Origin: Candidatus Portnoybacteria bacterium
Lineage (GTDB): Bacteria; Patescibacteriota; Minisyncoccia; Portnoybacterales; GWB1-42-6
Length of the DNA stretch: 64,000 nt
Reading direction: 5' to 3'
NCBI GenBank assembly: GCA_028688325.1
Contig: JAQTYI010000001.1
Span: 31,088 to 95,087 of the forward strand
Position 1 is the stretch's first letter; each line of letters starts with the position of its first letter. Positions 8,798-18,150 of the stretch are shown piece by piece. Position numbers and translations under genes: made by a program. The notes under the pieces were generated by a model that did not search any database, was not told the DNA's origin, and saw only the letters and a list, made by a program, of their open reading frames with translations.

Positions 8798-8990
8798 CAA
8801 GCCGCCCATAGCGAAAAAATAATCAGAAAATCGAGATGAGCGAGTCGTTTAAAATCGCGTGCTATGGTGGGGCCCCAAGCGTCAGCTTGGGGCGTTGCGG
8901 ATAGCGATTTTAGATGAGCGAATCCGATTTTCTTTATTTTTTACGCTCGGGCGCGGTCTTTTGGCTACTTTTCTGCTGACAGAAAAGTAG
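8798..8990. repeat. About 200-bp structured intergenic repeat family, copy 1
   Basis: Shares ccgcccatagcgaaaa..aatcgagatgagcgag..cgtttaaaatcgc..ggggccccaagcgtcagcttggggcg..gcgattttagatgagcgaatccgatttt..ctacttttctgNNNNcagaaaagtag with the copies at 17907, 42311 and 49781, and more distantly with the copy at 62121. Confidence 0.75.
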
Positions 8991-9000
8991 CAAGATGATT

Positions 9001-10422
9001 TTATTTTCTCCTCCCCAACAGCACCACCAACGGCGTTTTAAATATTATCTTCAGATCCAGCCACAGAGACCAATTCTCGATATAATAAGCATCCAATTTC
9101 GCCTCTTCATCGAAATCTATTTCCGAGCGCCCAGAAATTTGCGCCAGCCCCGTGATGCCGGGCTTAACATTGAAAACTTTTTTATGCCACCTCTCATATT
9201 TGGCAACCTCTTTGGGCATATGCGGCCGGGGCCCGACCAAGCTCATATTACCAAAAAGCACATTAAAAAATTGCGCCAGTTCATCCAAGCTTGAGGCCTC
9301 CAGAAAACGGCCGAATTTCGTGCGGCGCGGATCGTTTAGAACCTTAAACACGGGGCCCTGCCGTCCGCTCTGCTTGGCGGCCAATTCATCTTCAAGCTCG
9401 CTGGCCTTGCCGTCTTTATCATACTGAGAACCGGTGCAATACTCTATTTTCATTGACCGGAATTTATAGGTATTGAAAATACCGTCCGGCCCGACGCGCT
9501 CATTTTTATATATCACGGGGCCCGGAGAATCCAGCTTCACCAGAGCCGCCACCACGGCCATGATGGGCGAAAAAATCACAATGCCGAAAATCGAACCGAA
9601 AAAGTCCAGCACTCTTTTGATTATTTTTCCCCAACCGTCAAGCGCCGTGCGCTTTAATTCAACCAGCGGAATTCCCGCCAGCGAGTCAAATTCGACATTA
9701 ATGGTCAGCGTCTGGAACAAATTGGGCACGAATTTAAAGGATAAGCGCCTCTCTTCGCAAAAATCGATCAGGCCCAAGACCTGCTCGCGGGCAAAATCGG
9801 GATTAGCCAGCATAACATCGTCTATCGATTCGCGCTTCACCGCTTCTTTTATTTTATCCAGGTCTAAATCCTGAAAATGTCCGGCCACATTATAGCCAAG
9901 AGATTTTTCGTCTTCCATTTCGCTTATCAATTCCTGCGATATCCTGTCTCCGCCCACGACCAAAATATTATGAACGCCGTATTTATAACGCGTGACTAAA
10001 AATCTTTGGATGGCGCGAACGACTATCCTGCCAAACAACACGAAAAATATCGCCAATATCCAGGCCGCGAATATCAAAAAACGAGAGTCAAACCATTCCC
10101 GGCGGATAAAACTATAAATAATCACCACGGCTAACCCCGCCGAAGCGCCAATGAGAATGCGCGCAAAGTTCTCCAAGATGCCGTTGGCGCGGCGTATCTC
10201 ATAAAGCCCGGACAGCGCGAAAATAATCAGCATAAAAAAGCCGATGAGCGCCGTTAAGCCCAGATATTTTTCCAGAGGCAAATTGATGCCAAAAAGCACC
10301 GGCCGCAAGCTGGCAACCAAAGAGCTTGTGCGCAGCCAATAAGCCGCCAGCCCGGCCAGCAATAGCATCAGATAATCCACCGGCACCAGCGCGGCTGTAA
10401 AAATTAGTTCGGATCGTTTCAT
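9001..10422 (-). CDS. Polyprenyl-phosphate sugar phosphotransferase (WbaP/bacterial sugar transferase family)
   Basis: N-terminal multi-TM region plus the C-terminal Bac_transf signature (VGPRPHMP..KPGITGLAQISGRSEI..WSLWLDLKIIFKT). Confidence 0.85.
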   Translation of the reverse strand: MKRSELIFTAALVPVDYLMLLLAGLAAYWLRTSSLVASLRPVLFGINLPLEKYLGLTALIGFFMLIIFALSGLYEIRRANGILENFARILIGASAGLAVVIIYSFIRREWFDSRFLIFAAWILAIFFVLFGRIVVRAIQRFLVTRYKYGVHNILVVGGDRISQELISEMEDEKSLGYNVAGHFQDLDLDKIKEAVKRESIDDVMLANPDFAREQVLGLIDFCEERRLSFKFVPNLFQTLTINVEFDSLAGIPLVELKRTALDGWGKIIKRVLDFFGSIFGIVIFSPIMAVVAALVKLDSPGPVIYKNERVGPDGIFNTYKFRSMKIEYCTGSQYDKDGKASELEDELAAKQSGRQGPVFKVLNDPRRTKFGRFLEASSLDELAQFFNVLFGNMSLVGPRPHMPKEVAKYERWHKKVFNVKPGITGLAQISGRSEIDFDEEAKLDAYYIENWSLWLDLKIIFKTPLVVLLGRRK

Positions 10423-10474
10423 TTACTTGTATTCTACTCCCAAAATCGCCTTAAAATCAAGATTACTGCCAGCT

Positions 10475-10502
10475 TGACAACATTTAAAACAAATTATAAA
10501 AT
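10475..10502 (+). promoter_or_regulatory. Sigma-70-type promoter for the RNase P RNA
   Basis: TTGACA, 16-nt spacer, TAAAAT; placed about 4-8 nt upstream of the GAAGTCC start of the RNA. Confidence 0.55.
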
Positions 10503-10505
10503 ATT

Positions 10506-10948
10506 GAAGTCCAAGCAAATCGGGCAATCGCCCTTCGCTACGCGAAGGGAGGAAAGTCCGAACTCTCTCTCCCTGCCACGGCGGGGTTAAAAAAGGTAGC
10601 GGCTAACAGCCGTCCATCGTAAGATGCGAGGTGCGAACAGTGACGATTTTATCCGAAAGGATAAAATCGCCCTCCGAAGCTTTACGCGTAGGAGGGCGCA
10701 ATTTGACCATAAGAAATTGCAAAATTTCCAAAGTCAAAATGAAACGGCAAAATCCTTACCGGGTGCAAGATCAAACTATGAGACCGCAAGCTTGGTTCTC
10801 ATAAGACAAGTAGATCGCCCGAGCCCCGCAGCAATGCGGGGCCCAGACAGATGATTGCCCATTCGCTCGTTGCATCGCCCAGGACTTGTCCTGAGCGAGC
10901 GCAGCGAGTCGAAGGACAAAATTCGGCTTATAGATTTGTTTGGACAAT
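10506..10948 (+). ncRNA. rnpB: RNase P RNA (bacterial type A-like)
   Basis: 5' GAAGUCCAAGC (P1); P3 hairpin cccttcgc-ta-cgcgaaggg; P4 5' strand AGGAAAGUCCGAAC; P4 3' strand ACAAAAUUCGGCUUAUA near the 3' end; the closing strand gatttgtttggac pairs with gtccaagcaaatc. A terminator hairpin follows at 10949-10980. Confidence 0.75.
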
Positions 10949-10984
10949 AAAAAATCGCTTCGAAAGAAGCGATTTTTTTATTTG

Positions 10985-11190
10985 AATTATTTTATGCCTC
11001 ACAACCAGTACTTCCCCGCCGGTGCGCTTAAGCATGGTCGTCAGAATTCTAATGCTGGTGGTTTTACCCGCGCCGTTCGGCCCCAAAAAAGCGAATATTT
11101 CGCCTTGAGCGACACTAAAAGAAGCGTGTTTTACCGCTTCAAAATCGCCGAACTTTTTGACCAGATCATTGACCTCTATGATATTCATAT
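10985..11190 (-). pseudogene. N-terminal fragment (about 68 aa) of an ABC-transporter ATP-binding protein
   Basis: MNIIEVNDLVKKFGDFEAVKHASFSVAQGEIFAFLGPNGAGKTTSIRIL.. (Walker A), then loss of similarity. The ORF runs into the rnpB 3' end and terminator. A normal ABC ATPase is longer than 220 aa. Confidence 0.5.
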
Positions 11191-11192
11191 TT

Positions 11193-11822
11193 TCAGCGCA
11201 TCTGCTCCAATTTTTGATCAATCACTTTTTTAAAATCATCGAATGGCAAGGCGCCTATGAGTTTTTGTCCGTTAATGAAAAAGGTTGGCGTGGAATCAAC
11301 TCCGCGGCCGGAGCCCTCCTCATACCACTTGGCCAGCTTGCCCTCATCTTTATTGGCATCGAAACAAGCGTTGAATTTTTGGCTGTCCAAGCCGGCATTG
11401 ACCGCCATATTTTTCAAGTCGCCTTCATTGGAAATCTGATCCTGGTGGGAAAAAAGATAGTCGTGATAAACGACAAATTTATTCTGCTCTTGGCCGCAGA
11501 GCGCGGCGCGGCCCAGCTCATAAGGCGGCAGAACATAGATTATTATTTTGACTTTCCCGGTTTTCACATATTCTTCTTTTATCTGTTCCAGCGCGCCGGA
11601 GGCGAAACGGGCGCAAGCGGGGCAAATGAAACTGGTATATTCTTCCATGGTTACGGGCGCGGAAGAATCCCCGATTAAAATTCCGGATTCAAAAGCGCCG
11701 GTCGGAGAAATTACCGGCTGAGACACTCTCGCAACGGGAGCTTGTTTTGAATAATACCAGCCGCCGCCTATTAATAAAGCGGCCAGAATAATTGCAATGG
11801 TGATAATTTTTTTATCGGACAT
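11193..11822 (-). CDS. DsbA-family thiol:disulfide oxidoreductase, membrane-anchored
   Basis: N-terminal TM segment and a thioredoxin-fold active site CPAC (FICPACARF). Confidence 0.75.
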   Translation of the reverse strand: MSDKKIITIAIILAALLIGGGWYYSKQAPVARVSQPVISPTGAFESGILIGDSSAPVTMEEYTSFICPACARFASGALEQIKEEYVKTGKVKIIIYVLPPYELGRAALCGQEQNKFVVYHDYLFSHQDQISNEGDLKNMAVNAGLDSQKFNACFDANKDEGKLAKWYEEGSGRGVDSTPTFFINGQKLIGALPFDDFKKVIDQKLEQMR

Positions 11823-12138
11823 ATTATTTGTTTTATGATATAAAATCCGTTTTTAAATCCTGCCCGGCCCGGCTATTCGTCAATTAATTGCTGCTGCGCT
11901 TTGCCTCGCTTTACCAGAATGTTCCGGTAATAATTTTCCGGGGAAGAAACAAAATCGTGATAAACATGCAAAAAATAAAAAATACTCGCCACTTCCAAAA
12001 TAATCACCGCCACCAGCCCGAATTTTATCGGCGTTCTTTCCATAGTTTCCGCGAACAACGCCAATGCCGGCCAATAACACCGGTAAGTTTATCTTTTTCG
12101 CGTTATTGGGCGTTAAGTTCGCGTTATTGGCAACTACC

Positions 12139-12807
12139 CTAAGCTCTAATATATTTTTCCCAGCGCTCAAAAAGCCCGGCGGTGGCCCGCACATCGTCGG
12201 CACAGTATTTGGCAATCTCCAAATATTTGCCTTTCTTGAAATATTCCTGCACTTTGTCGCCGCTCATGCCCTCGGTCTTGGCGCTGTCCAGTTTGAATGT
12301 CCGGCAATAAAAATCAAGCGAAAAACGCCGAAAGGCGCCGTAAAAAGTCAGTTGATCCAACAGATCGATATGCTCATCGTCTTTATAACGGTAAGGCATC
12401 AAATTCCTGGTCGGCCGCACCTTCAGGACGCCTGAGCGCAACATAATATATGGGCAATCAAAGCCCCGCCCGTTAAAGGTGATGAACTGGTTGTAGTTTT
12501 TGATTTCCTGCCAAAACTTTTCCAAGATTTCTTTCTCGCCCATAGCCAAATATTCCATGCCGCCCTCTATCACCGGTTCTGTGTTTTTCCCCGGCGACTG
12601 AAAATAAACCCGCCCCTTGTTCGTATCGGGGTTTAAAAGGCAAATGGCGGCGATTTCTCCGGTCAGGGGCCAAAGGCCGAGTTTTTCTTTGACCTCTTTA
12701 TTTTTCTTTTCGTCTTCGCCGGATTTTAAAATATACTTTTGCGCTTCCTCCGGCAATTCGTCAAAATTGGCGCCAATGGTTTCAATGTCAAAAACTATTC
12801 GACTCAT
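12139..12807 (-). CDS. DEDD-type 3'-5' exonuclease (RNase H-like, PolB-exonuclease-like/YprB family)
   Basis: Exo I motif FDIETIG and RNase H-like fold motifs further downstream; 222 aa. Confidence 0.6.
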   Translation of the reverse strand: MSRIVFDIETIGANFDELPEEAQKYILKSGEDEKKNKEVKEKLGLWPLTGEIAAICLLNPDTNKGRVYFQSPGKNTEPVIEGGMEYLAMGEKEILEKFWQEIKNYNQFITFNGRGFDCPYIMLRSGVLKVRPTRNLMPYRYKDDEHIDLLDQLTFYGAFRRFSLDFYCRTFKLDSAKTEGMSGDKVQEYFKKGKYLEIAKYCADDVRATAGLFERWEKYIRA

Positions 12808-12880
12808 AATGATAGATTTAAAAAAACAAACAAAAAAACATCCGTTTTTATTTCGCCTTTGATCAACTCTGTTGATTTTA

Positions 12881-13034
12881 TTAATCGCCCGCGAACTTTT
12901 GGCCCGGCTTGGCTTTGGTTTTGGCGCGGTGCGCCATATCTTGCCGTATACAGCGGTTTATTTCCTGCACATCGTCAAACTTGCCCTCTTTATCGCGCTT
13001 GACCCAAAAAGTTTTCTTGTGGGGCCTTAATTGG
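12881..13034 (-). CDS. Possible small basic protein (51 aa); not in the ORF track because it is shorter than 60 aa
   Basis: Manual translation: MKRTQLRPHKKTFWVKRDKEGKFDDVQEINRCIRQDMAHRAKTKAKPGQKFAGD. The intergenic location is otherwise empty. Confidence 0.25.
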
Positions 13035-13113
13035 GTTCTTTTCATTTCGCAAATAGGCACGAATCAATCACATATTTCACGAATATATTAGTGCAATTTG
13101 TGAAAAATTCGCG

Positions 13114-13893
13114 TTAATTAGCGATTGATACCTTTTTCATTATATCACCCTGCTGGATTTTTAGCACTACATCCATACCTTCAATCACCCGGCCAAAAAC
13201 CGTGTGTTTCCCGTCTAAATGCGACTGGGCCGATTCGGTCACGATGAAAAATTGGCTGCCGTTGGTATCAGGACCGGAATTAGCCATAGCCAGCACGCCA
13301 GCTTCCATTTTGTGCGAAGCGAGATCCCGCGTATATTTATATCCCTGCGCTTGATATGATTTTATGGTGTCTTCCGAGAGCCCCAGCGACCAAGGGTTTA
13401 TTTCATCCGCGAAAGAATATCCCGGCCCGCCCGTGCCGTCGCCCTTGGGGTCGCCGCCCTGGATGACAAAACCCGGCACTACGCGATGGAATGTCAGCCC
13501 GTTATAAAATCCCTTACCCGCCAAATTAACGAAATTCGCCACGGTTTTTGGCGCGTCTTTGGTGAAAAGTTCCAGCTTTATATTACCCCTCTCAGTTTGT
13601 ATCATCATTATTTTATTGGTTAAATTTTCTTGATTATTGCCGGCCTGCGGCGAGAAAGACGGGAATGCCTGCTCCGGCGAGACGCTCGCTATCGGCGAAG
13701 GCGAGAGCAAGGAGGGATTCAGCCCAGCCAGTCGCCAATTCAAGAATTTGGTTATGCCGAATATCAGTGCAGCCAGAACTACGAGTCCCGCCAGCACGCC
13801 GATAATAATGCTCTTATTGCGCTGCCGGCGCAATTCATCTTGCTGCTCGGCCTCTATTTTTTTCTGTTCGCGGATCTTTTGTATTTTTCCCAT
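13114..13893 (-). CDS. Cyclophilin-type peptidyl-prolyl cis-trans isomerase with N-terminal membrane anchor
   Basis: [25 protein letters not shown] and an [15 protein letters not shown] cyclophilin signature. Confidence 0.85.
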   Translation of the reverse strand: MGKIQKIREQKKIEAEQQDELRRQRNKSIIIGVLAGLVVLAALIFGITKFLNWRLAGLNPSLLSPSPIASVSPEQAFPSFSPQAGNNQENLTNKIMMIQTERGNIKLELFTKDAPKTVANFVNLAGKGFYNGLTFHRVVPGFVIQGGDPKGDGTGGPGYSFADEINPWSLGLSEDTIKSYQAQGYKYTRDLASHKMEAGVLAMANSGPDTNGSQFFIVTESAQSHLDGKHTVFGRVIEGMDVVLKIQQGDIMKKVSIAN

Positions 13894-13894
13894 A

Positions 13895-14371
13895 TTATTT
13901 GCTTATCTGATATATTGCCGCGCCGAAAGCCACGGAAACATTCAATGATTCTTTTTGGCCCCTCATCGGTAAAAAAACGATTTTATCGCACCTTTTTAAA
14001 ATTTCCCTCGAAAGCCCCTTAACCTCGTTTCCCAGTACCAGCGCCAAAGGAAAGCGTGGCTTGAATTTAAAAATATTTTTCGCTTGTGAGTTTTTTTCCA
14101 GCGCCACGATTTGATAGCCATTCTTTTTCAAATCATCCAGCGCCCGCCAGGTCTGCCAAACGCGCTCATACGGCACGGCTTGTTCCGCGCCCAAAGCCGT
14201 TTTGGCCAGCTTGGAATGGGGCGGATGAGCGCTGTAGCCGCCTAAAATTATTTTACCGACGCCCGCCCCGTCCGCCGTGCGAAAAATAGACCCCACATTA
14301 AAAGCGCTGCGGATATTATGGCAAACAACGATTATTTTATTTGTCAATTTTTTCGTCGATTTCCTTGGCAA
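13895..14371 (-). CDS. SpoU/TrmH-family RNA 2'-O-methyltransferase
   Basis: SPOUT motifs: [25 protein letters not shown], and a C-terminal S.NVSVA.GAAIY segment. Confidence 0.8.
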   Translation of the reverse strand: MPRKSTKKLTNKIIVVCHNIRSAFNVGSIFRTADGAGVGKIILGGYSAHPPHSKLAKTALGAEQAVPYERVWQTWRALDDLKKNGYQIVALEKNSQAKNIFKFKPRFPLALVLGNEVKGLSREILKRCDKIVFLPMRGQKESLNVSVAFGAAIYQISK

Positions 14372-14759
14372 TCTTTTCTTCTCCTTTCTTGACCGCGCCC
14401 AGCTGATTTTCTATTTTGCTGAGTAATTTTTTTATCTCATCCACTCTTTCAACCAGGGTTAGTGTTTCTTCAAGACGAACCTCGGTAACTTTTCTCCGAC
14501 CGCGCCAAGCGCCTATCAAAACTTCATCCCCAATGGCGATCGCCACCAGCAGGCCCGAAATCAATAAAATCGCTAACCCAAAAAAAATCGAAACCCAGGG
14601 ACTTAAGTTCACCCCGTCGGCCAAGTGCCAAACCCCCCGCCAGGTCAAAACGATGCCCACAATCCCGACCAGCGCATAAAGCAACGGCCAATGGCTCAGC
14701 CAATGACGGACCTTATCTTCCAGAATATCAAAAAATTTGTAAATTTTATCAAATAGCAT
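14337..14759 (-). CDS. Hypothetical membrane protein
   Basis: Two or three hydrophobic helices and a C-terminal coiled-coil-like tail. Overlaps the downstream gene by 35 nt. Confidence 0.45.
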   Translation of the reverse strand: MLFDKIYKFFDILEDKVRHWLSHWPLLYALVGIVGIVLTWRGVWHLADGVNLSPWVSIFFGLAILLISGLLVAIAIGDEVLIGAWRGRRKVTEVRLEETLTLVERVDEIKKLLSKIENQLGAVKKGEEKIAKEIDEKIDK

Positions 14760-14878
14760 GCTGTGTATTTTGACATCGTTCGGCTAATATGCCCCGTCGG
14801 ACGCATTAGCCTCCCTGGTCAAAAGAAAAAAGTGCCGACCCGACCTGCGGGCTTGTTAAAAAGATTATACTCGGAAAT

Positions 14879-15124
14879 TTATTCTCTGACAAATAAATTG
14901 TAAACCCAGGCGAAAAACCAGCCCAAAATAAAACCGATAACGGCGTGTTCTATCGCCATCACCAAAGCGCCGGCCCAGGAATAGGAAACCCAGTGCAACG
15001 CCGCGGCGCGGGTTAAGATATCGCTGGCGCGGCACGTCAGCAAAGAAAAAGCCATCACCAAAAACACGATAAGCGCGTCAAAAATCGCAAAAGCCCAGGC
15101 CAAAGCAATTTTATCAAATTTCAT
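14879..15124 (-). CDS. Hypothetical small membrane protein
   Basis: 81-aa ORF, predominantly hydrophobic. Confidence 0.4.
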   Translation of the reverse strand: MKFDKIALAWAFAIFDALIVFLVMAFSLLTCRASDILTRAAALHWVSYSWAGALVMAIEHAVIGFILGWFFAWVYNLFVRE

Positions 15125-15176
15125 ATGTTTATGTGGAAATATTAGTTTACCGGTTCGACCGCGCCGGCTAAATAGC

Positions 15177-16016
15177 TTATTTCTGGCAGGCGGGGCAAAA
15201 ATGCGCCGAGCGCCCTCCTATTTTTATCCTTGCCACCCTGCCTTTACATTTTACACAATTTTCCCCTTCTCTGCCATAAACTTTCAACTTTGCCAGAAAC
15301 CCTCCCTTGCGGCCGAAGGCGTCCAAATAGTTGTTGGCCGAGGTGCCTTTCGATCGTATGGCTTCGGGCAATATCTTTTTAATGCCTTGATAGATTTTTT
15401 TTATCTCTCCCTTCTTCAGCGACTGGTTGCGCCGCAAGGGATGAACGCCCGCAAAGAATAATATTTCATCCGAATAAATGTTGCCGATGCCGGCGATAGT
15501 TTTCGGGTCCATTAAAAATTGCTTGATTTTTGCTTTGGGCTTTTTGGCCAGCAACGCTTCAAAATCGGCTAAGGCGAAATCTTTTTCCAGGGGCTCCGGC
15601 CCCAAGCCCTCTTTTATGAAAAATTCACCGAGTTTATTCGTGTCTGCCAGCTTAATATACCCGAACTGGCGCAAGTCGTTGAATAACAAACGGGTTTTAT
15701 CGCTGAAATGAAAAACCAGATGCGTGTGCTTGCTTTCTGCCATTAACTGTTTATTGCTTGCCGTTGACTGATATACCATCTGCCCCGTCATTTTAAGGTG
15801 CGCCAAAAAACTCCAGCCATTATCCAGTTCAAAAACCAATAATTTAGCGCGCCGACCGACTTTTCTTATTTTTGCACCTTTAAGGGCGCGCTTAAATTGC
15901 GCCAGCGGCGTTTTAACCATTTTAGCCAAGCGCACTTCAACTTCTTTTATTTTTTTTCCGCCAATCAACTTGGAAAGCTGCCGGCTGATTGTTTCAACTT
16001 CGGGCAATTCTGGCAT
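15177..16016 (-). CDS. mutM: Formamidopyrimidine-DNA glycosylase
   Basis: The N-terminus after Met is PELPEVE, with Pro2 as the catalytic nucleophile; H2TH domain; C-terminal zinc finger CxxC..CxxC. The ORF-track start 30 nt upstream (MNIAEFLLPGM) lies inside a MITE. Confidence 0.85.
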   Translation of the reverse strand: MPELPEVETISRQLSKLIGGKKIKEVEVRLAKMVKTPLAQFKRALKGAKIRKVGRRAKLLVFELDNGWSFLAHLKMTGQMVYQSTASNKQLMAESKHTHLVFHFSDKTRLLFNDLRQFGYIKLADTNKLGEFFIKEGLGPEPLEKDFALADFEALLAKKPKAKIKQFLMDPKTIAGIGNIYSDEILFFAGVHPLRRNQSLKKGEIKKIYQGIKKILPEAIRSKGTSANNYLDAFGRKGGFLAKLKVYGREGENCVKCKGRVARIKIGGRSAHFCPACQK

Positions 16017-16150
16017 ACCAGGTAGTAGAAATTCGGCTATATTCATAAATCCAAACGGACTTAATTAGTTTTGCCAAATTCTATGGTTTTATCAAACTCT
16101 ACCAGTCAGCGATGATTCGGTTAAACCGCCGAATTTTCACTACCTGGTAT
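16014..16150. mobile_element. MITE copy 1a with 20-bp terminal inverted repeats (cataCCAGGTAGTAGAAATT ... AATTTTCACTACCTGGtat), flush against the mutM start codon
   Basis: Perfect TIRs read from the sequence; ATA flanks on both sides, consistent with a 3-bp target-site duplication; the internal sequence is about 80% identical to copy 1b at 48770. Confidence 0.65.
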
Positions 16151-16252
16151 AAATTCAAGCTTATATCTGTTGCTTATATTTTACTCGCCAAACGCCGTAA
16201 AGCCAAGGTATGGGCGAAATAAAAAAGGGAGCCGCATGGACTCCCCGACCGG

Positions 16253-16645
16253 TCATTCATTGCCGGCCACTTCATAAAAAAAGTACAAACACCGCGCTGT
16301 TTTTACGGCAAAATCCTTTCTTTCCCGGAGCAAGGACAGCGGCCGCAGCAGAGCAGAAGACACTTCTTCTATTTGGCCAAGCCGCTGATCAATAAAATAT
16401 ACCACGACCTGCCTCCCCCGCTTTTCTTCGCTCACGGCTATATAGACCTTCCCTTTGTCATAACTGACACAACCCGTCTCCCTGATCATCGTTTTTACTT
16501 CCCCAACTACTTCGTCGACTGTTTTCAGGTAGGCAGCCGACTTTTCGCCGCCATCGAACAAAATTAATCTTTCGGCCTCGCTTTTATCAGAAATCGCAAA
16601 AAGAGCAAAACAAACCGTCAACAACCACCATATTGCCTTTTTCAT
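16253..16645 (-). CDS. Hypothetical secreted protein (signal peptide MKKAIWWLLTVCFALFAIS)
   Basis: ORF using an internal Met that starts a classic signal peptide. Confidence 0.4.
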   Translation of the reverse strand: MKKAIWWLLTVCFALFAISDKSEAERLILFDGGEKSAAYLKTVDEVVGEVKTMIRETGCVSYDKGKVYIAVSEEKRGRQVVVYFIDQRLGQIEEVSSALLRPLSLLRERKDFAVKTARCLYFFYEVAGNE

Positions 16646-16676
16646 AGCTCCTCCTTTGCCTTTGCCGTAAAAAAGT

Positions 16677-17894
16677 TTATAAAAGAACCTTGCCGCCAAT
16701 AATCACCCCGCAAACATCCCCGCCTTGCGCCGCATAGACCAAATGCGAGACCATATTATGACGCGGCTTTAGGCGCGGTTTGTCAAAGTCAATCAATACT
16801 ATATCGGCCTGCTTGCCGATGTCAATGGAACCGATATTTTTATCAATTTTCAACGCTTTGGCGCCGTTTATGGTCGCCATGTCCAAAATTGTCTGTGCGT
16901 CGGCCGCAGCGGGGTTTCTTTCGTCCCATTTATGGATCAGCGCGGCGATTTTCATCTCGCCAAACATATCCAGACAATTATTTGACGCCGGTCCGTCTGT
17001 GCCCAGTGCCACATTAACCCCGGCCTTCAATAATTTTCCCAGCGGCGCGACACCCGAAGATAGTTTCAAATTGGAAACCGGACAATGCGCCACGCTCACT
17101 TTTTGTTTGGCTAAAATTTTTATTTCCTTTTCGCTCAACCAACAGCAATGGGCCGCCACAACATTACCGCCCAAAAATCCTATTTTTTCCAAATATTCAA
17201 CCGGTTGGCATTTGTGTTTTGCCAGGCAATTTTTTACCTCCTCCTCTGTCTCCGATAAATGAATATGCAGCAACAGATCGTTGTCATCGGCAAATTTTTT
17301 ACACCAGCGCAAGGTCTCCTCGCTCACCGCATAAATCGAATGCGGAGTCAAAACCAGTTTTATGTCTTCACCCGTTTTCGATTTTAAGCGTTCGTATTCC
17401 GCGGCAATTTGCGCCGGACCAATGTCCATTCCGCCGCTATCCAACGCCGTCAAACCGACAAAATCCTGCAAACCTATCTCCCGCGCCGCCCTTATTTCCT
17501 GCGCCGGCTGCCAATACATATTATTGAAAGTCGTCGTGCCGCTTTGCAGCATTTCTTGGCAAGCCATTTTCGTTCCCCGACAAATATCTTCCGGCCCCAA
17601 TTTTGCCTCGGCCGGCCAAATCTTTTTTTCCAGCCAATCATTAAGCGGCATATCGTCGGCAAAACCTCTCAATAGCGACATGGCTGCGTGAGTGTGCGCG
17701 TTGATGAGTCCAGGAATCGCCACTTTGCCGCGCCCGTCGATTGTTTTCTTTTTCGCCTTGGCATATTTTTTCTCTAATTTAGCACTTTGGCCGATATCGG
17801 CGATTTTATTCCCCTCAGCCAAAATAGCGCCATCTTCAATGATTTGGCGCTTGCTGTTTTGGGTTACGATGGTTGTGTTCTTAATGAATATCAC
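16677..17894 (-). CDS. Amidohydrolase-family deaminase (MtaD/SAH-MTA deaminase-like chlorohydrolase)
   Basis: Metal-binding HxH (INAHTHAAM), HLSE, and C-terminal D.G..DIVL motifs of the amidohydrolase superfamily. Confidence 0.75.
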   Translation of the reverse strand: MIFIKNTTIVTQNSKRQIIEDGAILAEGNKIADIGQSAKLEKKYAKAKKKTIDGRGKVAIPGLINAHTHAAMSLLRGFADDMPLNDWLEKKIWPAEAKLGPEDICRGTKMACQEMLQSGTTTFNNMYWQPAQEIRAAREIGLQDFVGLTALDSGGMDIGPAQIAAEYERLKSKTGEDIKLVLTPHSIYAVSEETLRWCKKFADDNDLLLHIHLSETEEEVKNCLAKHKCQPVEYLEKIGFLGGNVVAAHCCWLSEKEIKILAKQKVSVAHCPVSNLKLSSGVAPLGKLLKAGVNVALGTDGPASNNCLDMFGEMKIAALIHKWDERNPAAADAQTILDMATINGAKALKIDKNIGSIDIGKQADIVLIDFDKPRLKPRHNMVSHLVYAAQGGDVCGVIIGGKVLL

Positions 17895-17906
17895 CTTGTT
17901 TTTTCT

Positions 17907-18136
17907 CCGCGCATACGAAAAACTTTAAGACAAAATCGAGATGAGCGAGGCGTTTAAAATCGCGTGCTGTGGCGGGGCCCCAAGCGTCAGCTTGGGGCGT
18001 TGTGCATAGCGATTTTAGATGAGCGAATCCGATTTTGTTAAAGTTTTATCGCCGCACGGGAACTCTTTTGCTACTTTTCTGGTTACAGAAAAGTAGATTA
18101 AATTATATTAACCTGGATTCCCGCTTTCGCGGGAAT
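17907..18136. repeat. About 200-bp structured intergenic repeat family, copy 2
   Basis: See copy 1. This copy adds a terminal hairpin attcccgc-tttc-gcgggaat. Confidence 0.75.
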
Positions 18137-18150
18137 GACAGCCGGAGATA

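Noticed and set aside
10928-11221. Treating the 97-aa ABC-ATPase ORF as an intact gene
   Set aside because: Only the first 70 aa or so look like an ABC ATPase. The remainder is read through the rnpB 3' end and terminator, so this is a truncated remnant.
11157-11678. 173-aa plus-strand ORF
   Set aside because: It is entirely antisense to the well-supported DsbA-like gene (CPAC motif), and its translation is low-complexity.
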